Shown: one piece after another, positions 25,563-39,259 of the stretch
Position numbering within the stretch: position 1 is the first letter of the stretch
How the letters are laid out: every line of letters begins with the position of its first letter
Assembly: GCA_003971905.1 (NCBI GenBank)
Contig: RSEE01000028.1
Coordinates: forward strand, 434,001 to 498,000
Reading direction: 5' to 3'
From: Moniliella sp. 'wahieum'
Taxonomy: Eukaryota
DNA length: 64,000 nucleotides
Notes under the pieces: generated by a model
Database searches by the model: none
The model's input: the letters and a program-made list of their open reading frames with translations, nothing else
What the model was told of the DNA's origin: nothing
Position numbers and translations under genes: made by a program

Positions 25563-27060
25563 ATGACTCTCCCCACCTCTGACAAGGAAGCCCTCAAAGG
25601 CGCAGGCGCCAGCGCTCGCATTTCTCATGCTGAGCCGTGCAACGAGCTCCCATCGCCCCGTGTGTCCCATTCAAGACAGTTGCTTTCATGGGTGCGTATG
25701 GCGATGCTCCTTAGCACCGCTATTATCATCCTCTACGCGCCGGCGTTGCACGTTTGAGTGCTGCGTTGGAGACAGGTTCGCTTCCCTTTCTCGGAGAGCT
25801 TTTCCGGTTCCCTAGTGACCTGCTTTTACACCGCCCAGCAAGGATCAATTCTATCTTCCCCCGGCCAACATTTCCCTTTATCCCCCGGCGGATTGATCGA
25901 CTGGAGGAAAGTCCACAGTATCCTCCCGGAGCTCCAGTTCTCCCGAGCTAAGCGGATGGTTCAGTTGGCCTTTGCCACAACCGACACTAAAGGCAACCCC
26001 ACCCACTCAGTCGCGACGTTCTATGAGCCTTTCTCCTCCCTGTGGGACGTATGGAAATCGGACGTACCCAGCCGCATGATCGTAATTTCCGTATGGGAAG
26101 ACGCGGTTAGTCTTGACTGCAGCCCCAGCTGGGCTTTACGCGTTGGGGGAGCGAATGCTCAGTCGGTCCTCTCCGACACCGCCTTTGTGATCAACTGGGC
26201 TTTAAATCGGGGTTGGTACGTGTTGGTGCCTGACCACGAAGGCCCACAAAGCGCATTTGCTGCTGGCTGGCACGAGAGCGCTGCAACGTTGGATGCGATC
26301 CGATCGGCGCTAATGGGCTCGCCTTGATACCACACGGACTTCGATCGCCTTGTGGGGTACTCTGGAGGAGGGCACGCCTCCGCCTGGACCTCCCAACGGC
26401 ACGCTTCCTACGCTCCTGAGGTTCCCATTGTGGGCGCAGCGATGGGTGTGTGCCTGCCGATTTAGAGGCTTGTCTCGTTGATCGACCGAGGCCCCTTCGC
26501 TGGATTTGTAGCGGCTGGCCTAGCCGGATTGGGTGCTGCATACCCTGAGTTGGAGCAATGGATCGAGGGCCATGCCCTTCCTGACCTGCAGGACACTGTG
26601 CACTGGCTTCGGAACGGCACATGCCTTCTCCCCGAGCTCTCCGCCCTTGCTGGACGGGACATCGAGGGCGATTTTCGATTCCCAACCCGTTGCTTCACCC
26701 TATCCCTGCTCGGATCCTTCAGCACGAATCACTGATATCTCCATTGGGTGGGGGTGGACTGAAACCACCTTCATTCCCTCGTTACATTTGGCATGCACTG
26801 CACGACGAAGTGGTGCCCTTTGACCCTGTCAATGAATGGGTCTCAGCCCAGTGCTCCTGAGCTCCTCAGGGATGGCATACGGACCAAGCTCTACAACTGG
26901 TCGGCGGGGCAACATTGCCTTTGCTGTACATCCTTTTGGTGGACATGCTGCTGTTCAGGGTTCTGGTCTTGCCCCCTCTCTAGCCTTTGTTGCTCGAACT
27001 CTTGAGGGCACACTGCAGTCGGACTGGGCATGTGGATCCGACCCTTTTGGCTTGCTTTGA
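25563..27060 (+). CDS. Secretory lipase (LIP family, Candida/Malassezia-type), frameshifted in assembly
   Basis: WEDAVSLDCSPSWAL, ALNRGWYVLVPDHEGPQSAFAAG, nucleophile elbow GYSGGGHASAW (~26355), YAPE, GLAGLGAAYPE and WHALHDEVVP. Hydrophobic N-terminal segment MAMLLSTAIIILYA from ATG 25698. Confidence 0.88.
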
Positions 27061-27691
27061 ACAAAGGCAAAGATGAAGCTGATTTGGAGATGACCGTCCT
27101 TGCTGTTAGGCCAATCGAGCTGCTTTTCAAGGTGCCCTTAGGTGGTCTGAGGAAAGGCACTTCCCATTTCTCTGCGGAGTCCCGTGGCAAAATTTCCCTC
27201 CCCATATGACTTGTCCATCACGAGCAGCAGCAGCCTGCAGCAGTTTTGTTTTTGAACACAGAACACTACGACTTGCGGAGTCTCGACTCAGCAGTACTGA
27301 TCCAGAGTGCATTGTTGGGCCACTGAGCGTAGCTTAGCATGGGTCTCGATAACGGAGATAGGGCCTATGAGTCTTGCTATACTCACCAGTATGGGAAGGG
27401 GTTCCAGAAAATAGTCTCACTCAAGGGCGCAGAGGCCTCAGAGAGTAGTGCTGGCGTGGGGCTTCGGTGCAGCCGCCCAGTGCAGCCTATTCAACCAACC
27501 ATGAAACTTTTCACTCCCAACCCTTTCCCAGCTTCTTATCAATATCACCACCGGCACCCCCGATCCAACGTCGATCATAGCTGCGGGCGAAGATGGGCTG
27601 GGCCTCCCAGCCTCAGCTTTCCGTCAACCTTGCGGCTCCCATTGTTTATCGTGTCCCAACACCACCTCCGCCTCCCTCCACCTCAGGCGCT

Positions 27692-28658
27692 ATGCTCCCG
27701 CGTCATAGTGTATCCTGTCTAGCCCGCGAGGCTACCCATGGGGTGTTGGTACGCTGCCTCAACACCAGCGCCCATCTCAGCCGGCCCCAGGTTGATTATA
27801 CCAAGTCGTCCACTCGGGCGATCGACTACAAGGATCAGCGCCCTCATCGTCAGCTGCCTCCGCTGCCCACGATCGAGCCCCCTCGTATGCGACCAAGCGA
27901 AGCGGTGGGGAACATTCTGTACAATACCCCCGAGCCAAGCAATGTACCCTTGATGCGGCACACACTTACGGCACTGGTGCAAGACGAACCTGGGGTGTTG
28001 GCACGAGTATCGGGTGCCCTGGCAGCCAGGCTTCAACATTGATTCTCTGGTTTTGCTCGACCGAGGTTCCTGATCTCTCGCGTATGTGTATTGTGCTCAA
28101 CGGACAAGCTTCTGTGATTGAGCAAGTCCGACGTCAACTCGAGGATCTGGTTCCCATCTGGGCCGTTCTTGACCACACCCACACCCGACAATTGAGCGGG
28201 AGATGATGCTAGTGCGAGTAAGTTTGTTGGGGCCAGAGTATTTCCAAAACCAGGTTGAGTATGGAGCTGCAACCAACGGCACCTCCCGCGCCTTACTTTT
28301 CGGAATCGGAAGTGGAGCGCGTTTTTTCCGGCTCGTCCCCCTGGCCCTCCCGCGGGCCAGAGACTGAGTCCGACAGATGCACTTCGCATCAAGGGCGAAC
28401 ACCTTCGCCATGTCATTACCCTGATTCAACAGTTCCAAGGGCGCATGGTCGATGTCAGTCCGGACTCGGCGATTGTAGAAATGACGGGCAAGACTGAACG
28501 GTGTGATGCACTCTTGAAACTGCTTCGTCCTTTTGGTATCATCGAAATGTGCCCGCTCTGGCACCATGGTTCTGCCGCGGGCAGCCCATGGTGACGAGGA
28601 CGATTTACCAGTCCCGGACAAGGTCCACGTTGACGCCAGCCTGTTGCCCCCGGGCTAA
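27692..28658 (+). CDS. ILV6: Acetolactate synthase small (regulatory) subunit, mitochondrial
   Basis: AVGNILYNTP, LVQDEPGVLARVSGALAAR, FNIDSLV, LSRMCIV, RRQLEDLVPIWAV and C-terminal SLLPPG. Basic N-terminal presequence. Confidence 0.93.
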
Positions 28659-29114
28659 GATGGCAACGGTGGTGCAGCGTGTCCCTGCCTCCTCGAGCCT
28701 TCATCTTTTTCTCAGCCAGGGGTCAGCCGCCGGTCTGCGGGTCGGCCAAGCTCATTGAATCATGGTTGAGAACACGTTGAATGGCGATCATCGGTTTATC
28801 ATTAACGCCGGCTCATCCCAGGCTGTGGGGATGGTACATGGATGGAGGCAGGATACATGGAATGGCCGATGTGAGCTGCATAGAAGCGATGGACAGCGCC
28901 TGCAACGGTAGAATGGTATATCTAGGCCCAGTGTGGAGAAGAGTACCGAATGTTTTAGGCGCCACCAGCCACGGATCCATGTGAAAATGTGCCAGCACAC
29001 ACTGCCCTCATGCTCGCGAGATGACTTGGTCCGTGCCCCAGCCAGTGAGCTCGACATGCCGTGGCGCGTGACGACGCGTGATTCGTAAATGGAGGGCGCA
29101 AACAAGGGCTTCCT

Positions 29115-29142
29115 TCAAGCTTCAAGCTTCAAGCTTCAAGCT
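29115..29142. repeat. (TCA-AGCT)4 heptamer array upstream of the Bap31-like gene
   Basis: Four perfect units, about 200 bp before the ATG. Confidence 0.95.
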
Positions 29143-29343
29143 TTCTTCGGGGCTCAGCGCACCACAGACCTAATGGCCTCAAAGTCACTAATCAGCGTTC
29201 GGCACAGCCGCCAGCGCGCCAGCCCGCAGCCCCGCTGGCCGCGCATGCACAGGTTTCAATCTCAATTCCCGCTGCCGCGCCGCTTCTTTCTCCCCCACCA
29301 CCACCTTCCCTCCACACTAGGTGTTGTGCCGACTGTGCCCGCC

Positions 29344-29938
29344 ATGTCGCTCCCTTACACAAGTGCGTCTCATGTCTGCCGTGTCATGCCCCCCCCTAGC
29401 TCTTGTTGGGCATACCATTCCCCATTCTCTGTCCTAACCCTACCCAGTTTGCTTTCTGCTGCTGGCCTTTGAGATGGCATTCTTCTTTGTCCTCATTTGC
29501 CCCATCCCTTTTGCAGCCCGCAAGAAACTCATCCACTTCCTTGCTTTCAACCCGGTTGTGAGTCAAATTCAGTACGGCTTCAAGATCTCTTTCATCTTTG
29601 TCGCCATTCTTTTCATCGATGCCGTCAGCCGCCTGATGAAAGCCCAGGAGAGCACCGCCTTCGCAAGGCCGGCAAGTTGACACCCGACCTTGGATTCAAC
29701 GCTCAACCCGGTGGCGAGCTCATCAAGCTATTCTACACCCAGCGCAACTTGTATATCACCGGCTTCTGCCTCTTCCTTTCCATTGTGCTTGCTCGTACCT
29801 TCTCGATCGTACAAGAGAATGTGGCACTCGAGGGGAGAACCGCGAATTCAAGGCCAAGCATGGACCTCTTGCTCCAAGCACCGGCACCGCCCCCCCCCCC
29901 CTCCCCCTTCCAAGCCCGAAGAGAAGAAGAAGTTGTAA
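29344..29938 (+). CDS. Bap31/Yet3-family ER membrane protein
   Basis: MSLPYT|intron, EMAFFFVLICPIP, FIFVAILFIDAV and KLFYTQRNLYITGFCLFLS. Ends in a di-lysine KKKL ER-retrieval motif. Confidence 0.9.
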
Positions 29939-30316
29939 GCCCCTCCTCCCCTCCCCCTGTTGTGTGCAGCAACAGCGCCCTTCCTTGTTTTGCTTGGACA
30001 GTGCATCTGTTTTCCCCTGCCAAGGATCTTTACTTGTAGAGCATCATAATTTTTGGTATTGCGCCAATTGTGGCATGAACCTACATTCAACCCTGGGTAT
30101 TCATGCACCGGAGACACCCATATGTAGGTAGGACGGGGTCTACACCGTCGACCAACTTTGTGTGTATGCGGGCGAGCAGCCCTGGGAGCCCCGATCTGAG
30201 TGGGCTGCATCATTCTCATCGTCTCCATCTTTTCATATCCAGTGGTTTCCGCAAACAAGGCGTACTCATTGCCAGGCTTGCCGCATCCGACTTTCCCTCT
30301 CTCCCTTCCAGGGACA

Positions 30317-31970
30317 TGGATGTCACCGCGTGCCTCCTGTGTCCTGCTTCACACTCATATACGTATCCCCGGTTGGGGCGATGCGGCATCGCTACTATAG
30401 AGACAGCAATCAATTCCCGCCGCTTTTTTCGATCGCCGAACCCGTTATGGACGTTATCCATTGAAAACGTCGATGGCGCTCTCTTTTACCCGCCGCTGAG
30501 GGGGGGGGTCAGTTTAGCAGAAGGTACAATCCCGGGAGCGGCATCGCATCCCGAGGTATTCCACCCCACTGATGCCGAGCTGTCTCGTCTGGTTCATCGC
30601 TACTACATCTTCTTCTCTGTGGCGAAACGGGCTACCACACTGTGACGGGGATATTGTTGCACCACCCCAGGCTCGGCTAGTGTTCCTCGCCTCTGAGAAG
30701 CACATGATGGATTTTTGAAAGCGGTAGGCTCAGGCACATCGGTTCCTATGGCTTCTACCTTGAGCTCCGATCCTGAGACTTCGTACTTCCCTCCGTACGG
30801 AGAAGGCTAACGCCTTCCTTCGTCGTTGTCCCGCTTGTCTGCCTCCTCCCAAGGCCAGCTACGGCGAGCTTCTACTAGTGGGTGCAGGCATGCATACGCG
30901 TGCCGACTGGTGCCACATCGGTTCCCTAGGTGGTTCTCCCAAGCAGCATATCCTCGCCATGGTGGAGGTGGACCAAGTGACCGCCTTCATGCTTGTGACG
31001 CGGAAGCTTCTCAAACTGGCAGGGAGACAGTGGCTCGGTGCATAACCATCAGTCCTTCTGCCCCTTCGGCCCGCCCGAAGTTGTCACCACTGACAAAATG
31101 GCCCGGAACTCATAGCATGGTGGCCTCCCATTACCTGGAATTGCAGGGCCTCGGACAATCACACTGCCCCGGCCCGCACAACCCCCAAGGCAACGACCCA
31201 GCTGGGGCAATGGTGAAGTATACTGATTAAGCCCTTAATCCTAGTAGATCGTGCTCCCCGTCGGCTACGCTCGCCTTTGCGCTATCGCCGCGTATGGACC
31301 GCTGTACTGGATGCTGTCTTCCGCGCTCACAATGTATCCTTCTTCCTGCCGACGGAAAGATACGTGCGCCTACCTTTGATCGTTTCGTGCGCCACCCGTC
31401 TGACGCTCTGCTCAACAAAGTCATCCGCATGTAAGAGACCCCCGGCCCCAGGCATTGCCAGGGACCCGTCCGAATCCCTGACTGTCTATCTCGTGCGCTA
31501 ATACATGACAGAGCCGTCGCGATTAGCTCACTTCGACTCCTCCGTCCAAGGAGTGTAACATGTAATTTCCCACCGGGATATGAGCCCACTGGCAGCGCCT
31601 CCTTTGTCATGCGGCAAATCCAATCGGTACGTTCTCTGCTCGTTGGACGTCTCCTTGTAGACTGAACGGTCTGGTATACATCTCCATCAATAACGCTTCC
31701 ATCAATAGCGCTTGTTCGATGCTGGGGGCAACATCGTAGACGAGGTCGCCCACACATGAAAGCTGGCTGCGCCCTTTGCCCGAGGACCTTGATCCTCCGG
31801 CTCAGAGGAATACTAGCTTTCCGGGAGGAGGTACGCTGCCAAGCTCAATATATTATGCTACAAGTAGTCGCGCCACCCGCGCGGTAGGCGCAGCGCTTGT
31901 CAGCCTCTTATACTCTCGTTCGCCCTTCCGCTCTCTCCTTTTTCCCACTCACCACCCACCTCTCGCATGA
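30317..31970 (+). CDS. Putative hypothetical protein (fragmented reading frames, no recognised domain)
   Basis: Several adjacent protein-like frame segments (e.g. FHPTDAELSRLVHRYYIFF; GELLLVGAGMH; RVWTAVLDAVFRAHNVSFF). Boundaries uncertain. Confidence 0.3.
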
Positions 31971-32886
31971 CTCCTTTGATGAGACCTGGAGTCCTGATGG
32001 TCCTCGAGGGTGATGCAATCGCACTGGTGGTGGCGGTGGTCTAGAACCAAGCAACACCTATACAGAGGAACATCAAGCAGCGAGTCGCCATACCAGGGGC
32101 TAAGCTACGGAACAAAAAGGAAAAACAAGAGAGAGAAAACAACGGAATTCCCAGACCTGAGAGGAACTGAAGAGACATTGGCCAAAGCACGAGCCGCCGA
32201 TGGCTCAACATCATTCGCTCATACGATCTGTCCGGCGTCTGCTTTGCTCCGTACGTCTTTGTGTTGAACAACGTTGATGCATTGCTGCGATGCCCCGAAA
32301 GCTAACCAATCGCTAATCAACTAATCGCCGGGCGCACCTGAACATACTGAGCAAGACGATTGCAACATTGAACACCGGTGTCGAACGCGCGGGCGCCCCG
32401 TGCCCGGGCCGGCTCAAGCGCTCAGGCGTTCGGGGCCTGGCCGCCACAGGCACAGGGGCACTATAGGCGGCTGGCCCACACTCGGTACTCACTGGATGAG
32501 GCGCATGCAGATTGCAGAGCATTAACGGTGCCCTCAGGGCCAGCAGCCGGGCAGTCTCCTGCCCGCCCTGCAGGCTAAGCGCTGACGCGCTGACAGCGCT
32601 GATGCGCTGACGGCAGAAGTACGAAGAACAGCGCATCACTGGCGCCATGCCCACCTCGAGCTGTCGCACTGGCTGCGGTTGCTGCAGGGTTCCGTCGGCG
32701 GTGCACGCCGGGGCGGAGTGGGGCGGGGCGCATGCAGGGTGGGACACTGGCGCCACGCGGGCTGCAGCTGCTCCACCCCCTTGCATGCAGGCCCCGTTGC
32801 TCAGTCCAACTGCCACGCCTTCGGCTGGCCCTGAGCACCACCACTCTTCCTCCCCTCCACATCCGAGTTGGTGCCGTCGACGAGCA

Positions 32887-35270
32887 TGAGTGCTGCTGCC
32901 AGCTCCCGCACTCTGGGTGACCGCCGCACACCCTCGTCGCCCGCGTCGGCGTCGGCGTCTGCGTCCGCATCTGCGTCTGCGTCTGTGCCTCCGGCAGCGG
33001 TGCCGGCGACGCCAAACCCTGGTCGGCTGTCGCGGCCGCTGCCGCTGCGGCTTCCTCCCCCCGCGGTGCCAGCCATGCGCCCGCCAGGTGCATCCGCTCC
33101 GCGCCCCCCTATCGCCTCGGCCTTCTCGCCCCCTCGTCCACGGCGCCCACCTGCCTTCACGCCCGCCACCTTCTCGCCTACGCCCACACCGGCGGCCACA
33201 GCGCCGGCCCTGCCCTCCACCTCTCCGCACGCCCCTCCGGCTTTGATGGACAAGGGCCACGCCAATTTGCGGGTCTCTCATACTGAGGGTATCAACCTCA
33301 GCCCGCAGAGAAAGACTGGTCGGCTTGCGGCGACGGGCCGAAAGAAGACGATGAATTGGCCGGACGCGCTGCTGTCTCAGGATGGGACCATTTGGCTAAG
33401 AAGGATGCCAAGGAGGTTCAAAAGATGGCCACGCCAACTGCACCTGTTGAGCGTCTGGCACAGAAATTTGACCAGCCTGCCGCACCGGACAAGAATCTCG
33501 CCACGGAGACTGCTCAACCTTCTCCCGGCAATTCTCATAGCAACGAACAAGAGGGGGCCGAAGTGACCCAGATTGGCAAGCAGGAGGAGAAGCACCTGGC
33601 CGATCCGCAGGACGCGGCCAAGCCACCCGTATCTCCTCCCGCAACTCCGCCTCTTATTCCCGCGTCCACTTCCAACCTCGATCAGGGGACTACGAGTTCT
33701 GATGCAGCCCCCCCTCACCCGCTGCGACCCTAACGCGTGCGCCATCGGAGAAGGCCCAAAAGCTCCTGACGGTCACCCAAGCGAGCCGGGCCCGGGCCCA
33801 CGCTGACATGGGAGAAGCTCCCAGTCCCGCACCTCTCAAAGCTAAGGCGACACCGACCGGCCAACGCCAAACTAACGTGGGCGCTGCGCCTTTAGCTAAC
33901 TATCAGATGACGTTCGACAAGTTTGTTGTCCGCGAACAAACATGGATCAATCATGTTGGTCGCGAAAAGCATCGCATCGACAAGGACAAGAACATTGCCG
34001 CTCTTCGCGAGTTTGCCGCCAAGTTCCACCTCAAGACACCCGTTCCCGATGACATATCGATTTGGTCATCCAAGAAAGATATCCATGCTGTCGAGACGCA
34101 AGGAGACAAGAGGTCTGTCAATCCCAATGGCACCTCGCTCCATCCCAATGCAAGCAAAGGGGATCCGAATGCGACGACCACATTACCACATCTGACGACT
34201 TCTGCGCCTCCCCCAGCGCAGTCTATGGCCCAATCGAATGTTGGCAAGCATGAGGGTGGGTCTGACGTGTTGAAGATGTCTCCGAGTGCTACTCCGTCCG
34301 ACCCTTTGGCCAGAGTCCAGGAACGGCCTGGGGCAGGAGGGGCCTCCTCTTCGATCAACCAACTGTCAGCCAAAGCGTCCCAATTACGACTTGGCACTTC
34401 CGATGCCACCGAGCAGGGAAAAGGAAAGACGCGCAATGTCAATCCGTTCTTTGGCCACAAGGTTCCCAACATCAAGGACTCGGCTGACGTTGCGATGCAC
34501 TTCACGTGCTTGCGTCAACGTGACCGCCCGAGCCCCACATCCGTTTCGCACTTGTGGCCCTACCACGGCCGCTCCTTCCGCACTTTCTTTGCTCCTCCTA
34601 ACAGTCCTCTGGGCCAGGCGTCAAGCCTCTCATCTAATGCTGGGGGGCCCTTCCCCTCTGGAGCGCAGCCCTTGCTCCGGGGCAAGCAAGCCCTCATGTT
34701 ATGTTCGCCAACGGATCGGTTTCGCCACATCTGGTGCAAGGCATGAAGAAGTCGTCACCTTCGGAAACTCCCGGGGCTTTAGGGGGAACGCCGCACAACC
34801 CGGGATTGACACCCGTCCCGATGCAGATGCAGTATGTGATGGGGCCAAATATGTTTCCTGGCGGTGTGATGCCCAACCCGTCGCCTGTACCTGGAGCAGG
34901 GCAACCAATGATGCCTGCTCAGGGACCATTGATGTACGTTGCTCCGGGTGGTTTCGCATGGCAGCCAGCCGGCCAAGTGCAGCAAATGTACGCGTTCCCC
35001 CCCGGGCCTCCGCCAATGGGGCCTGGTGCAATGGGCCTGCCCTCTGGCTTTGTTCCTGGGATGCCTCCTCCCGGCTATCCAGGCCCCTTCGCCTCCCCGT
35101 ATGGATTCCCGGTCGTTCCGGGACCACTACCAGGGATGCCAGTACAAGGCGTCGTTCCCCATGGCCAAGCTCCTCATCACCCGCACGGCCACAAACACTA
35201 CCACAAGCCCCCACGTCGAGGGCGCCATCATCGCCCTTCCTCGCCTATCCCGCAGCGACACAAAGATTGA
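32887..35270 (+). CDS. Pbp1/ataxin-2-like protein (C-terminal-type motifs only)
   Basis: FDKFVVREQ...DKDKNIAALREFAAKFHLKTPVPDDI resembles the fungal Pbp1 'L.KF...FKL.TPVP.DL' block. Also VNPFFG and an M/P/G-rich low-complexity tail. Confidence 0.6.
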
Positions 35271-37332
35271 GGGCGTGAGGCAAGAAGTGGCTTTCTTCTC
35301 CGTACCCCCTCCTCATGATACCGTGTTTTTGAATGTCGGGGGTACCCCCCCTTCCCCCTCTATGGTTTGTGGGTACCGTCGTTCACGTGGGACACGTCTT
35401 CCTGCATTGCATTTTTTTGGTATGACGATACTTTTCTGATTCAATATAGATACCAACATTGTAGCCCCTCTCCCCTCCCACAAAGCACGTGCCCTACAAA
35501 AAGCGACTCGTACCCGTCAAAAAACAACTAGCTGACGGGAACATGAACGTCGGAAAGGACGGGGGAGCTGTACTGTGACTACCCCCGTCGCTTGCGGCTT
35601 CACATTGGGGATCATAGATCATAGCGGGATGAAAAGAGAACGAATGACCCGGGTGGAAGGCAAGCTAGACCACACACTTCACAAGCTTCACACCTCACAT
35701 ATTTAAGGGCAAACTCGTCAGCCTTATTTGACAAGCATTTTTGCTCCCGAACTGAGGCCGGGGGCTCAGTACTCCGTCTCCGTGACCCACACAGGAGATC
35801 CGACCCCTCTACTAGAACCCCGGCCTTTGCCCTCTTTATCACTGTTGGTAAGGGGTAGACGGAACTTTGCCTTTGTATGAACTGTTATGCCACGTATTCA
35901 TCGTATCCGTGTCTGATGGTCCGCAGTTATCTATCAACTGAAGCCGCGTAGTAGCTTCCTTTTCTCTCTTGAACCTTTTTACTGAGGCAGGTCCGTCTTA
36001 CGGAAGCGGTCCCTAATATGTTATTGTGGATGCCTCTTCTCGGCATTGGTGTTTTTTGCCCTAGTACACACACTACTTCAATAGTGCAACACGCATGTAG
36101 CGCGTTGGGACTTGACTTGTTGTATTGAGCCTCGTGGCATAAGAAGTCCGGGCGCTCGATGAAGCCGGCACCTGTGCTTTTTTTTCCATGACTGCACAGT
36201 GCGTTGCCAACGTGCGTGTCCGATAACGAGGAAAGAACAACTGGAGGATCAGTTCTTTTACTGCAGCGTATCATCATCATGGGGGAAGCACCCTCCTCTC
36301 AGTGTGCATATATAAACTTACGACTTTTGACCAAAAGTAGAAAACAATGATACTAGGTTGGGCTTGCCTATACTATACGCGTCACACACCTTCTCACATA
36401 CTCGCCCTTCATTACAAACTAGTTCCCCATCATGTTTTTGACGCTCTCTTTTGGCCCCCTCTGTTGCGGAGACGAAAGAGAGTATGTAGTAATCATTTAT
36501 AGAATCCATCTCTTCTGTGGTATACAGTGAGAGCCCCAAGTTGTGACCACACTGTACTGGAAGACGTATAGGTGGATTCACATGACAATGCATCTTTCCC
36601 ATCATGTGTCCTATATCTCTTCGTCCCGGAGGTGGACCTTGCCCCCCTTTTGGCAGAGTCGGAGCTGCACTAAGGCAAAAGACCTTCGGCTTCACATCCT
36701 GTGGCGGGTCATCGAGGATATAACACAGGCGTAAAGGCGGTGAGGTAGAAGCGGTCCTTGTACTTTTACGGTGTTTTTGTGTCCCAAATTGCAAAGGTTG
36801 CATGTGATTCCCTTGGAAAAAGGAACCGTACTCACAGAAACAGGGGTAGTCCTCTCGAAGACCGCGGCAGAACAAAAAAGGCGTCCACACGCAACTGTGG
36901 CCTCCCCACGCAACTGATCTCCACGCAGCTGCTCTCTCCGCGCCACTGCTCTCTCTGAGGTAATAGCGTTCTGATCGCTCGCGGCTCGCCTAGCTGCCCC
37001 CCTAAAAAGCGATGCCTGTGTTGCCGCGACAGAGACACTTCTCATTTTTGCGCATCCGTGTCAAGGAGAAAAAAGACAAGTGTGCGAGACGGAGATTCAG
37101 CGTCTGGAGCGGCCCCACATACAGGAAAAAGTGAGAGGGACCCTCGTCGACATGGATACTGCTAAATTCGCCGTGTCGAAAAGAGACTGCGATATGCTCC
37201 TCTCCACCTACGGACCTTCTCTCCCAATATGGCTATTAGTATAGCAAGCGGCAAAACCAGGCACTATCCTTCCGCCGCCGTGTCATTCTCATGATTGAGT
37301 ATCGTTTACCTGCCTCCCCTATATCTCCATCA

Positions 37333-38926
37333 TGACCGGTGACCGGTGACCGTTGTCACCACGGCGGAGTTACCATATCAAGTGTTGAGCGCGTCAACAC
37401 TGCCTCAACGCTGAGTCTCAGGGCGGAGATTTTTATATGGTTTCCACTCTCTATTCCCTCTGTATATATGTTGATCGATGATCGGATACTTGGTACCCGG
37501 TACAACTGTGTGGTAGTCGACAACCCTCTGTACAGTAGTAACAACAATAATGTAATACGTGAGACACGTATAGCTCTCTCTCCGCTCGTGATGCGTGATG
37601 ATGTTACGCGTGATATGACGAAGTGGCCGCATGCGTCAGATTCATCCGTAGTAATTGAAGACGTTGCTACCGTTGATTTCTATCAATTGTGATGCCAGTG
37701 ATTTGGCAGTTGTCCAAAAGTAGATAAGATTGTGTGGTGCACATCATAGGCGCGAAATAGTCGGCGATGATAGATGAAGTCGATGAAGATGTGTCACAGT
37801 CGGGGCTAAGGCGAGGGAGACCAAAATCGGACTAGGCCAAGGGGTGTAGCAATCGTTCGTGGGGAAGAAGCAAGACAGAGGACATGGTGCGAAGTGGAAG
37901 AAACAGGGAAGGAGCGAGACGCTCGAGACGAAGACATTGGAAATGGGAGCGAGATCAGCCAAACTATGACAAGGTGCTTAATGCTTTTAAAGATTTTGCA
38001 CTATATGTTGGCCAACACACTCATTTTGGCCCTCGGTGCTTTTTGATGCTGATTGGTATAGATCCTATTCCAAGATATGGCGAGCACACACTTCTCTGGG
38101 TCGCCTTGTAGTACGGTGCAAGACTCGCTACATGACAACAATCGTAATTGGACCCCCCAGAACAGCTTACTTCGAAAAATCGCCATAAGATCTAAGAGCT
38201 GATAATATGCGCTGCCAGAAATAATCTATTGCTATGTCGCGTGACGTGTGACGTGTGACGTGTGACGCGTGACGAGAGATGGGGGGTGGTGTTGCATGTT
38301 GGGGTCTTTGAAGCTTGAAGAGAGGCAACCGGCGACCGATCTCCGCCCAAGCAAGCGTGGAAGAACCTAACGCCTCCAAGACACCCGCACTCAGCCATCG
38401 CTCGAGACCTGTGCTCCATCTGTAAAACAAGCTGCCTTTCAAGCCGCCGGGGTGCATCATGCATCATGGATCATGCATCATGCACCATGCATCATGGATC
38501 ATCGATTTGATCATCAATATCTCAATCGTTAATTACTAATCGATAACAATTCACCAGTCACGTCACGCGTCACGCGTCACCTGTCACAGTGTCACAGGAT
38601 GGGCCGTGGCGCGTGGCACTGGCGGCCAGCCTCCCAATTCACGGGTTTAACGTTCCAGTCCACTGGTAGTATGCCATAGTGGGCTTTAGTGCATTCTTAA
38701 CCGGGAGAAGGTAGCCCTAGTATGCGCGCTAGTCGGTGCCAAGTATTTAACGTCACGCGTCACACGCCAGGCCTCAGGCCTCAGGGACGCGTCAGGCAAT
38801 CGATAAGCGCTGCGCTAAGCGCTAATAAGCCTGGGTGGTAAAAGTGTTTCACTTTTATCGCCACCGTCGCTGGGGGGGTAGTGTGCGGGCGAATGTCTGT
38901 AGCCTTTAAATTTGAACGTTGAACGT
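37333..38926. repeat. Cluster of 7-bp TNA+palindrome arrays upstream of the MFS gene
   Basis: (TGA-CCGG) 37333-37349, TGA-CGTG/CGCG 38238-38272, (TCA-TGCA) 38453-38505, TAA-TCGA-TAA 38537-38546, (TCA-CGCG) 38563-38579, (GGCC-TCA) 38770-38783, TAA-GCGC-TAA ~38816 and TTA-AATT-TGA-ACGT-TGA-ACGT 38906-38926. Confidence 0.9.
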
Positions 38927-39259
38927 CATCGAGAGATCGGGAAAAAAAGGAGAGGTACGTTGAGACGTTCGCGCGTGTCAGATCTGGTGCTCTGGTGGGT
39001 TTACGCAATTTAAAGCAAGCCATATTTTCTTTCTTGGCTGAATCGTGTCTTCCTTTCGCAGCAGCTCTTCGGCGAGAGATATAAAGGATCAAGTGATCGG
39101 CAAACCAGCTCCTGGCCCTCCTCAGAATCCCCAACTGGGCGAAGCAGCCCCAAAGACGCCGTTAACAGGCGTATTTTGAGACTGTTTGACGCGGTCAACG
39201 TTCACCACTGCCACAACTTCCACCTATCCTGTGTCTGCTCTCCTCTGCACACGCCCAGC

